From Lama guanicoe (taxonomy: Eukaryota), in NCBI GenBank assembly GCA_013239625.1, contig MU054323.1, positions 10,137,186 to 10,201,185 of the forward strand: a stretch of DNA of 64,000 nucleotides. The letters are read 5' to 3'. Of the stretch, positions 51,719 through 61,260 are shown piece after piece. The notes under the pieces are model-generated. The model was given only the letters and a program-made list of their open reading frames with translations. It did no database searches and was not told the DNA's origin. Each line of letters starts with the position of its first letter. The stretch's first letter is position 1. A program made the position numbers and the translations under genes.

Positions 51719-52802
51719 TTTTCACTTCTGCTAGTTGCCTAGAGGCACTGGGACTACTTTAATTTACATCCGCTGCGACATTGTTATTGTTTTTATATTG
51801 CACAGATAAAATGAATATGGCCTATGATTACAAATTTTGAGGGGAGAGGATTTTGCCTGCTGCACATTACGGTTGACACAAGCTACTTTCCTTTGTCTTC
51901 ATCCAGGGGACGTTTCATTTTGTTTCTCATTTAATCTGCACTTGAGAGTGAGCTGTTCGGAATCCTCATTTTATTGAAATCCCCATCTCGGAGGCCGTGG
52001 GCTCGGCGTCCTTCCCTGCCTCCTGTGCAGCGGGCGAGGCGGAAGCCCGGGTTCCCTAGCGGCCAGTGCGGTCCTGGGGGACACGGTGGCAGATTGCTTT
52101 GGGGGAAATCTCTCGTGGTTTCTTTTTTTGGCTTTTGGCCTCTTTGAAATTGTACCACTTATGTGAGCTCCACAGTATTTTTTTTTTTAATTGTAGTTGC
52201 TTTAAATTGTACTTGCTTCATTCAAGAGATTCACTCAGCACATCTGGTCTGCCTTGACTGCCAGAGCTGGAGATCCTGTTCTTCAAAAACATCTTTTAAA
52301 ATTTTTACCTTGTGTGAAGTCTTTTTTCTTATGACTGTCATTTGGGGATGCCAACAATCAAGCTCTGAAATTTATTGTTCAGTATTTTATAAATGGGGTA
52401 TCATTAATGGTAGCATTTTAAAACTATTTTTATCCTTTTCCTTTTTTACATATGATTTATCAAGATCATAATATTTGAGAGTAAGAAGATTGAGCTTTAT
52501 CAATATATAATTCGGTTTTGTTTGGTTTTCAGAAAAGTCTATAATGAAAATCTCCAAAAGGAATGTCATTATCTTACTCACGTATGTGCGCAGTTTGATG
52601 AGAAAGGTCAGATAGCAATTGTGAAAAAAACCTAAACTACTGTTAACATCCTGCATGCACTTATTTTCTTTGCTTTCTATTTCCAAAGAAATATTTGGTA
52701 AAATAGAACATTCATAGAAGAAATGACAAAAGATAATTTTTCACAAGGGCTGTGAATTTGTGATTTATTTTTCCTTTTCTGACTTTAGCTTTCATGTTTT
52801 AG

Positions 52803-52875
52803 GTTTTAGGAGAAGTTTCAGTACAACTTCTGCTTCTTCCCATAAAGAGATTAACAGAAGAAATGCTTTTGCCAA
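52803..52875 (+). CDS. CLIP4: CLIP4 exon 15 (GFRRSFSTTSASSHKEINRRNAFAK)
   Basis: ttttag| acceptor and AA|gtgagt donor; phase 1-2. Confidence 0.92.
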
Positions 52876-54908
52876 GTGAGTATTAGAAGATTTAGAAAAA
52901 CACCTTTCAAGATGAACATTACAGGATTCTGTGAAGGAAGAAAAGTGGGATTTTGTATCTTTTACATCGCTTGGTAGAATTTTAACTCTTAGGAGAAAAG
53001 GTGTGATGAGTGTATCAGTGAGAAGAATTCTTCCTCCCTCCTCTGCAAGCTCAACTAAAACTGTCACCAGTGACTCAAAGAAGTAGTGTGCTGACTATAT
53101 TTTCAAAGAGGCTTAGTGCTGCTAATAAAAGTTGGAGGAATTTACATTTTGTGTTATCATTGAGTAGGGCAGATTGATTTTAAACTGTTTACTTAATTAG
53201 TCAGAAATTTGATTTAATATTTTGGGTAGTACCTGAAAGAAATGTCCGGCCTATTTGCATTAAGTAATCCTGCTATTATTTTAAAAAATACTCTTGCTTC
53301 CTCTTGTAGAATATACTCCTCAAAAGGCTTTTTTTTTTTTTTTGGTGGTGGTTTCTTTGTAGAGAGAATCTCCTTTTTTCTTTTTTCTTTATATTGATTT
53401 CCCCCAGACCCACTTTACACCCGCTAATAGTTTTCTGAGGCTTTTAGAACTTTTTTTACTTCTAGAAGAATATGAGGCTCTTGTAGACTGGTGGGGTTAA
53501 GGAGTTCTTTTTTTTTTTTTCTTTTAACTTTAAATCCTTCCAATTAATGTACGAAAAATGTCCTGAGGGAAAGAAGTCTCGCTGAGTAGGGAAGTGCACT
53601 AGCAGTGAGGCCCTGGGAGCCGCGAGGAAGCAGGGCCCACGCACTGAGCTGGACGCTCAGCCGAGCAGCAGACAGTCTGTGTGATACTCTGGCACGAAGT
53701 TACCGGGAGGCCTCATGAAGATCTGAAATTCCACGCGAGAACCCTCTGGGTCCTGAGGCACGGTTAGGCGCTGTTCAGTGGGGTTGGGTGGGTTTTTTTG
53801 TTTTTTATTTTCCCCCTTCCTCAAAACCTTTACCAATTTTGAGATTTTATAATTGGTCTCCTCACTTGAGTAGCTGAAAGAGCTTAAGAACAATGACTTT
53901 ATGCCCCAGTTTATTGAAGATATTCAAGAGGTCTTAGGCAGAATGGAAGAAATTACTAAGAAGAAACAACCTGGAGATAAAGGATTTTGAAGGGGGAGAG
54001 GTATCAAAATCAGTGTGGAGATGCTGGTAAGTGAAAGAGCATGATGAAGAGAAACAAGGGAAGGAGAAAAAAATCTGAACCATGGGAATTACACAGCAGG
54101 TATGGGTATGTGCAGGTGGCCTGCTCACGTGAGACGGGAAGAGCAGTGCTTCTGTTTGTTTTCTTTGAAATAAATGAAGCTTTACTCTTAACTTCTATAG
54201 ATTGACACTAGTACCTATTTAGAAAAAGAAATATACTTTTATTGAGGATACATAATCAACTTAAATTTTATCTGTTTATGTTTTACTTATTCTTTACTTA
54301 CTTACTTATCTTTTACTTATAGACCAGATGTTTGGTGATCAGTACTACAGGGAATAAAAGAAAGATTAGGTGTTGGCAGGTCCTAGGAAACCTGTCCGTG
54401 ATCGCAGGAGTAAGAGACTGTGATTGGATGTCCTTTTGCTGAGGGCCAGAGTTGATTGTATATCGTGTTGCTGTTAATCTGGAAATGTGATGTATTCTGA
54501 AGAATATGGGTTGAAAAAAATGAGTTTATTGACATTTACCAAATGCTGAACCATTTTCTTGCTTATTCATATGGAAATAAAAGGTACTTTTAGAAGCAGA
54601 AGAAACATGGGAAATACAGAGATAATGCAGATCCCTAGGTAAGGAACTTGAAGGGCTTGGGACAAAGGGCATGTTTGCCCCACGTGAGCCAAAGAGAACT
54701 GAGGAAAGGGAAACAGCAGCCACCAGGCCGTTTTCGAGAAAGAGCGGGTGTGTTTCTCTAGGTCATTGAGGTGGCGGTGATGAGAGCTTTCATTCAGAGG
54801 AAAAAGTGATAGAGAGGGGGTTGGAAGCGGTTCTTCTGACTTGAGAATTCTCTATCTATAACCAGGACTAGGGGTAATACAGGGAGCTTGAGACGCTGGC
54901 GTAGCTGT

Positions 54909-54927
54909 CACTGCCACCTGGTGGGCA
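54909..54927 (-). promoter_or_regulatory. Candidate CTCF binding motif
   Basis: The reverse complement tgcccaccaggtggcagtg matches the CTCF core CCACCAGGTGGCAG. Confidence 0.5.
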
Positions 54928-56459
54928 CGAGGCATCCTCCCCGCACACCACCTGCCTCCAGCCTGTGGTCTCCTGCACCTCATCCCCGTGGTTACTAGCT
55001 TAGCTCCTCCCTGTGTTTTCACAGTGTGTCTGCTTAAGAGTCTCCATGGGTCCTATCTGTGGGACCCAGCCTGGTGTCACAATATATTTGGTGGGCTCAA
55101 ACCTGAATGTCTTGGGGTAGATCTCAGATAATCCCATTTGCCGTGGGTTCCATCATTTCACATCACGTTTCATCTTCTGCCTGTCCCGCAAAGCTTTTGA
55201 ATTCTCAAATGCAGAATGGAGTCCAGGTTCATTGGCACAGCATGTAAAAAGGACTGTCTTTTTCTCCTGACTTACTTCCCGTGGTAGAATCCTCACCAGT
55301 GTCTAGCAGTTCTCTAAACTCTCTGTGCCGTTCAGAAAAAAAATGTAATACATAATACAGTTTGCTCCAATGACTGTGTCTCCCTCCCTTTTGTGTCTGC
55401 TGATCTGTCAGATTTGCTTAAGTGTCACTTCCCCCACTGAAGTGTCTTCCCTGGGACCTTTAGGGAGGATAGATTCTCCCTCTCTTGTGCTCCTTCTGCA
55501 GCATGCATGGTCTTTAATTGCAGCATCTCTAACATTGTACAAATCACCTTGCACAAATTCCTGGAACCCAGTCCCGGACCTGCCATTTCATAGGTTATCA
55601 GTGTTTTTGAATGAGTAAATGTAACTTTCAAATGTAGTGTAACTTCTAAATTTCTCACATCCCTGCACTTTTAGAGTTTTGACATAACTTGAATCAAATC
55701 CTCCTTATTAGAATGTTAAGTCTTTACCCAGACTATTAATTTTTGGTTTAGATATTGCTGAATTCACTTATTACTTGCTTGAATTCCCTTAAAATTTTTT
55801 TGATTATGAAATCAATTGTACAGAATTTGAAGAATTACAGTAAACTAAATGCAGATAAAGGTCATCTGTAATTTTATCACCTAGATGAGATTATCACTGT
55901 TAGCATTTTGTCTTATCCTTTTCTATTTTTTCTGATGCATATATCTGAATTTTTAAGCAAAGTTGGACAAAGCATACTCTGTACACCCTTTGAAAGATTT
56001 TCCCCTTAACAGATCCCATATTCTTTAATAATTTTCCTCAGTGTGATTTTTGCAGTGTTTTTAAAGACTGAGCTGTGATGGAGACATTTTTATGGCATGA
56101 TAATAAGTGAAAAATAATAATTTAATAGTAAATGCCATACTTTTAAAACCTGTCTGTCTCCTTCCCTCCCCACTAGTGTGTGTGTGTTTGTGTTCAGATA
56201 AATATCCAGGTTTCTTTCCTTCTACTTCTTTCTTTTTATCAATTCATGCATTTAACTCTTTTATCTATTTGGGATTTATTTCAACATATAGTGAGTGATA
56301 AGAATCATATTCTTTTCCACCAAATAATTAATGAAGTTTTACAGCATCCCTAATTTAATGTTCACGCCTTTCCCACTGATTTGAAGTTTTACTTCTTATC
56401 ACCAATGAAATAATTATGTGTATTTTTCTGAGATGTGTTTTCTGTGCATTTAAAAGTAT

Positions 56460-57075
56460 ATTCCTTACCACTTACGAGCTCTGTGGCCCTGAGTGAGGTA
56501 CTTAAACCTCTGTGCCTCAGTCTTCCCATCAGTAAAATATTGGCTACTCCAAAAGTTACCATAAATGAGTATCTGTAAAGTACTTACAACAGCATTTGCA
56601 TAATAAGTGTTCTATAAAGATTTGCAGCAAAAAAATTGCAGTTCTGTGAATGAGGTATTTTCCTTTTCAGGAATGAGAAATAAACTGCCCAAGGTCAAAG
56701 AATTAAAAAAAAAAGTACATTCTTATGCCAGGGTCATGTTGTTTTAATTATTGTAACTTTATAGTTAAACATTACTGCAGTGCAAATCTTGCCATGTTAA
56801 TACTTTTCAACGTTTTCTTAATTATTAGTACCCGTTATGGTTGTGCGTAGGAGCCTGGCCTTTGTGCCTGGACAGCCTTGGGTCTGAGCCCCAGCTTGCC
56901 TCTTTACCACCTCTCTGATCTTGGGCAAATAGCTTAATTTTTCTTAGCCTCAAATTCTTCTTCTGTTAGGAGATGATCGTGTATCTACAGCACTGGTGGG
57001 TGATGTTGGATGAGATAATTTGTGTCAAGTGTTTGGCACATAGTAAGTGCACAGGAAATGATAGATCCTGTCATT
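56460..57075 (+). mobile_element. Two MIR fragments (about 56460-56620 and 56840-57075)
   Basis: acttaaacctctgtgcctcagtcttcccatc; tgatcttgggcaaatagcttaa...tggcacatagtaagtgc. Confidence 0.65.
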
Positions 57076-58229
57076 ATGTGAAATTCAGAGCAAGTTCATC
57101 AGGTTGCAAAAAAATACCATTTAGGGGAGGATTTATATATGTATGTCTCTATCCAGGAACAAAACTCTTATTTTTATTTTTATGCTCTTTAGTCAATATT
57201 TATACTTTTCTTACAGGTATTATGTATTTCTTTGCTAAATTTATTGTTGTATTTGTGTATTTGACGTGGTAAAAAATCATTTTCCCATTACATTTTATAA
57301 CTGGAATGTGTCAGGGGTGGCGTAGGAGAGGCTTAGGACCTCAGTTTTCCTCCCACACAGTGAGAGTGCTCATTCTTTTTCCAGGGTGTGTGACAGAGTC
57401 TGTAAAGATACAGAAAGTGACATAAAGTAGAAAACAGGCAGGACCCAGACTCTGTGCACAGTCAGGCACTGTGCGGTTTCGGTAGCAGGTTCCGCATTGT
57501 CCCCACTGTGGGGACGGGAAGAAGGTTCCTCTTGGGGGAGGGGTGGCATGGATGGCGGTGGGAGGCTCCACTGGTGGTGGTTTCTGGGTAAATGTTTTGG
57601 GAGGTCTCAGGTCATAGGGCAACAAGATCCGGGTCATGTTTCTATGTTGGGCGCATCTCAGGATCAGCTACTTCCCAGGGACAGTGGCAGAAGCCCTGGG
57701 CGGCACTGGCCTGAGGCCTCGGGGGAGGTCTGTTTGTGGGTGCAGGTCAGGTTGGTGGTGGGTGCTCAGAGGCAGTACGTTATAAGTAGTGTTTCGTTGT
57801 AGAGGAGAGGAGAGGAATCCTGCTCCAGGCAACCAAGCTCCTTCTCGTGTTAGCGGCAGGGAGAGCGGTAAACCCTTAAATGTAACTGGAGTTCATTCAT
57901 AGAAGGGGGTGTGTGTGTAGTTTCTAGGGCTGTGGATTAACAGTTTTTAAAGATGGTTTTCGTGTAAAGAAATATTTGAAAAGTGAACAAAAGGTAACGT
58001 AACTTTACCACGGCCAAAATACTAGGTTCTTGGCTTTTTGTTTTATTGAATTGGTGTAGGTATATTTTTTTCTAGTTGCTATTTTGCTGAGGGCCTACGC
58101 GTATATAAGTTGCTAGTGAAATCTTAAATCCAGATTAGGGCAGTATTAAAATAGCCAAAAGAGAAAACCTTTTTAATGTTAAAAGCATCCTCTAATATTG
58201 CTCTTTAGAATAAAAAGTCAGGTTGTGAG

Positions 58230-58630
58230 CAGGTGTCGTCTTCTGTGAACGGCGCGGCGCGGGCAGCGGCGTCCGGCCCGCGGCGTCACGGCCTCTCCCT
58301 CTCGTCCCCGCGCAGGTCCAAGCCCGCTCTGCGCCGCAGCTGGAGCAGCAGCACCGCCGCCGGCGGCCTGGAGGGCGCCGTGAAGCTGCACGAGGGCTCC
58401 CAGGTCCTCCTCACCAGCTCCAACGAGATGGGCACCGTTAGGTATGTGGGCCCCACTGACTTTGCCGCGGGGATCTGGCTGGGCCTGGAGCTTCGAAGCG
58501 CCAAGGGGAAGAATGATGGGGCAGTGGGAGAGAAGCGCTACTTCACGTGCAAGCCCAACCACGGGGTCCTCGTGCGGCCCAGCAGGGTGACCTACCGCGG
58601 GATAAACGGGTCGAAGCTGGTGGACGAGTT
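58230..58630. other. CpG-island-like GC-rich segment over the last intron-exon junction and the terminal exon
   Basis: Dense CpG (ggcgcggcgcgggcagcggcgtccggcccgcggcg...) against an AT-rich background. Confidence 0.75.
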
Positions 58631-58640
58631 GCTGAGTTAA
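58316..58640 (+). CDS. CLIP4: CLIP4 exon 16, coding part, CAP-Gly 3 (SKPALRRSWSS...GKNDGAVGEKRYF...SKLVDELLS*)
   Basis: cgcag| acceptor; GKNDG motif; stop TAA at 58638-58640 (end of ORF 58233..58640). Confidence 0.96.
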
Positions 58641-58661
58641 ACTTCTACAGTATTGAATGAG

Positions 58662-58706
58662 TACACAGACACACACACAGACACACACACACACATATCT
58701 ATATAT
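58662..58706. repeat. (CA)n/(TA)n microsatellite just after the stop codon
   Basis: Read directly from the sequence. Confidence 0.9.
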
Positions 58707-60521
58707 AAAGCAGACATAATATAAAATAGTCCATAGCAAATGGTTTACTTTATTTAGCCATTTAAAATTTGACAGTATAGCTATCTTCATAAAAACCATT
58801 ATAACAATTCAGAGAGACGTCTTTAAAAAGCTGGGAATATGAACTGGGGGAGCCATCGTTCTCTTAAAACAATTTTAAAAGCCTTTTTTTTTCTTTTAAA
58901 GTTTTTAAAGCTTTAGACCCAAGAAAATTCTGAGGCTTGGGGGAAAAAAACATGCCATTAGGTGACCCACTGATGTTGCTTATTTACTCTCATTTTTGCA
59001 CAGAAGACTGGATTTTTTTCATACGCCATAATTGTGGAAGTTTTCACTAGCTTTGGTTAAGACAAGCTTTTCCTGCCAAGTATTTTTGGACTTTTTTTTT
59101 CCTTTGTACTAATAAGTACAGTAAGAAATAACAGCTGTGCGACTGGTGTATTTTTCATGTTTTGGGGTAGTTATTTGCCCTCCTTCCAGGAATGCCTCAC
59201 CTAAAGATACTTTAGAGCTGGGGGGTGGGTGGGCCTTTGAGGCTGTGGAGCTCAGTGTCTCGCCTGTTGCCAGGTTTTAAAGCCGTTCTTCCTCCCCGGG
59301 GTCACAAGAGCTGATTAACAGCTAAGAGTAGTGCGGGGGACTCCTGACCTGTGGCTCAGGCGCGCTCCTCTGCACAGAGTGTGTCATCGCAGTTTTTCTT
59401 CCGTGTTGGCGACTGCCTCATCTGGACAGACTGAAGAAACCCATGATTAGGTTTATGAATTCAAGTTACAGTTAGAACTTTTTTGCACATACTTAATTGA
59501 TCTTCCTTATTGGACGTACTTATAAAACACACATACACGAAGCACTTTTAAAATAAAACATGATGCACTTTCCTCTTTGTGGAGAATTTGCCATCATTTC
59601 CTCCTGGGGATATGAAAAACAAACAAATTGTATGTAGGAGAAGAGAGCAAATTAAGAAGAATGTGGTAGTTACTCGTTTAAATGTTTATGATTTCTTGGT
59701 TTTTTTGTTTTATTCATAAAACTGATGTTGTGTTTGCTATTGTTGCTGCTTTTATATATTCAGTTGTTGCAGAATTCAGCCTGTGACAAAGCTGCGGAGC
59801 TGGATCATGTGTTTTCCTTTTGAGCACACATTAACAGACTGAGCTCTGTAACAGAGTGATGTAGTAATGAAAAACATTTGTGTTGTGAATATGTATTGAA
59901 GTTTATGTCTGACGTGTGTAAAGATTTATCTTTTATTGTAGATATTTAGTCTTTAAACTACCACAGAAATATCAGAACAGTTTGCTTTATAAGATTAAAA
60001 GCATCCTTCAGAATGGAGCTTGCTTTGTGCTTGGAAATAATACACTGAACTATTTTGCAATATACTATTTAAAATCTAAATGCTGTTGCTTTGCTGCCTT
60101 TTAAAATATGAAATTTCAAATATTGCTAGAGCTATTTTCCTGAAGTATGTTTGCAAAATAAGGCTGCTTTATAATCAAGGAATATTTTTATTGATTGAAG
60201 AAAATGACTGTACTGTGATTCTAAAGTAAACTTATTTTATTATACAGTTTATTTCTTTAAAAACTCTATTTATACCTTACCATGAAACCCATGACTACAC
60301 TGAACTGGGGTGTTCATAGTTCTTCCTGTTAAGACCCCGTATGTTAGAAACAGTAATGCCAACACCGAATTTATTTTGAGGTCAGAGAACCAATTGGTGG
60401 CATATTTAGACTAGGATTACTAAATCCATGTACTGTGTATTTTTCCCTATGCTATGCATAAAAATTAGGTGTTTTCATTTGTGTTTTGCTTGTGTCATTC
60501 AAAGATCACTTCTTGAGCATT

Positions 60522-60527
60522 AATAAA
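60522..60527 (+). terminator. Likely main polyadenylation signal AATAAA
   Basis: Canonical hexamer with a downstream GT/T-rich element (tgtttcggtttgg...gtatgttgt). A proximal AATAAA also exists at 59552. Confidence 0.6.
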
Positions 60528-61039
60528 AAGGGAAGCTGTTTCGGTTTGGAATGGTATGTTGTCATTGACCATGCCTGCAACCCTCCTTTTCCCAGGTACT
60601 CAGAGTATGTATGCTTTGAATTTAACTTTCTTCCTTCCTACAGTAATGGCTTGGATTTTCCTATCCCTATAAAGAGTCTTAAAAAGTACCATGCTTTCTA
60701 CTGAGCAAATGAAGTTATGTTTTTAGCCACCATCCTACTACATTGTTTTGATGGACAGAGAGCCGTTTAAGAGAAGAATGTGTTTCTACAGTGTTTTAAA
60801 TTGCTTAATTATCTTTTACGCCAGTGGGATTTCATTTGTTTAGGGTAGGATAGAACACTTTGAATTTATAGGTTTAAAAATATATATAAATAAGTACCTA
60901 TCTTTTACTAAAAGACTTTGTTTCTGTATTTTAAGGTAAATTGGCGGGAGTATTTCTAAGTGCTTAAAAGCGTTGAGATCCAGACAGTTGTGGAATCTGA
61001 ACCGAGACAGTGTAATCTCGGTGAGTCCCTTGTGCCGTC

Positions 61040-61260
61040 CTCTCTCCGACTCCTCGCCAACCCTCCCAACCATGTGTTATTTTCCCCCTTAGCATTTACC
61101 ACCCTTGGTCATGCTAAACTTTTTGCTTATTATTTCTCTCTTCCCCCACTTGGATTGAGGGATGGACTTTGAGTGCTTTGTTCATTGCTTCATCCCTGAC
61201 TCCTGGAATAATACTTGGCACCGACCAGATGCTCAGGAAACGTTTGCTGGATGAACAGGA
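61040..61260 (+). mobile_element. L2 LINE 3' end
   Basis: ccccacttggattgagggatggactttg...ttggcaccgaccagatgctcaggaaacgtttgctggatgaa. Confidence 0.5.

Larger units (their letters stand above)
5096..60545 (+). other. CLIP4: CLIP4 gene body: first coding exon to approximate poly(A) site; 15 coding exons, 705 aa
   Basis: Exons assembled by hand have valid splice sites and consistent phases. Their lengths 133+140+94+162+119+237+136+141+90+144+135+124+65+73+325 sum to 2118 nt. The translation has ankyrin repeats (TLLHY, NALHYAA, TALHIAA) and three CAP-Gly motifs (GKNNG, GKNDG, GKNDG). The 3' end is approximate. Confidence 0.96.
58641..60545 (+). other. CLIP4: CLIP4 3' UTR (3' end approximate)
   Basis: Follows the stop codon. 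U/AU-rich with no recognisable interspersed repeats; AATAAA at 60522 is followed by GT-rich sequence. Confidence 0.7.

Noticed and set aside
58218..58799. 193-aa minus-strand ORF
   Set aside because: It is the antisense shadow of the GC-rich exon 16 plus the (CA)n repeat (VCVCVC), with no independent coding features.
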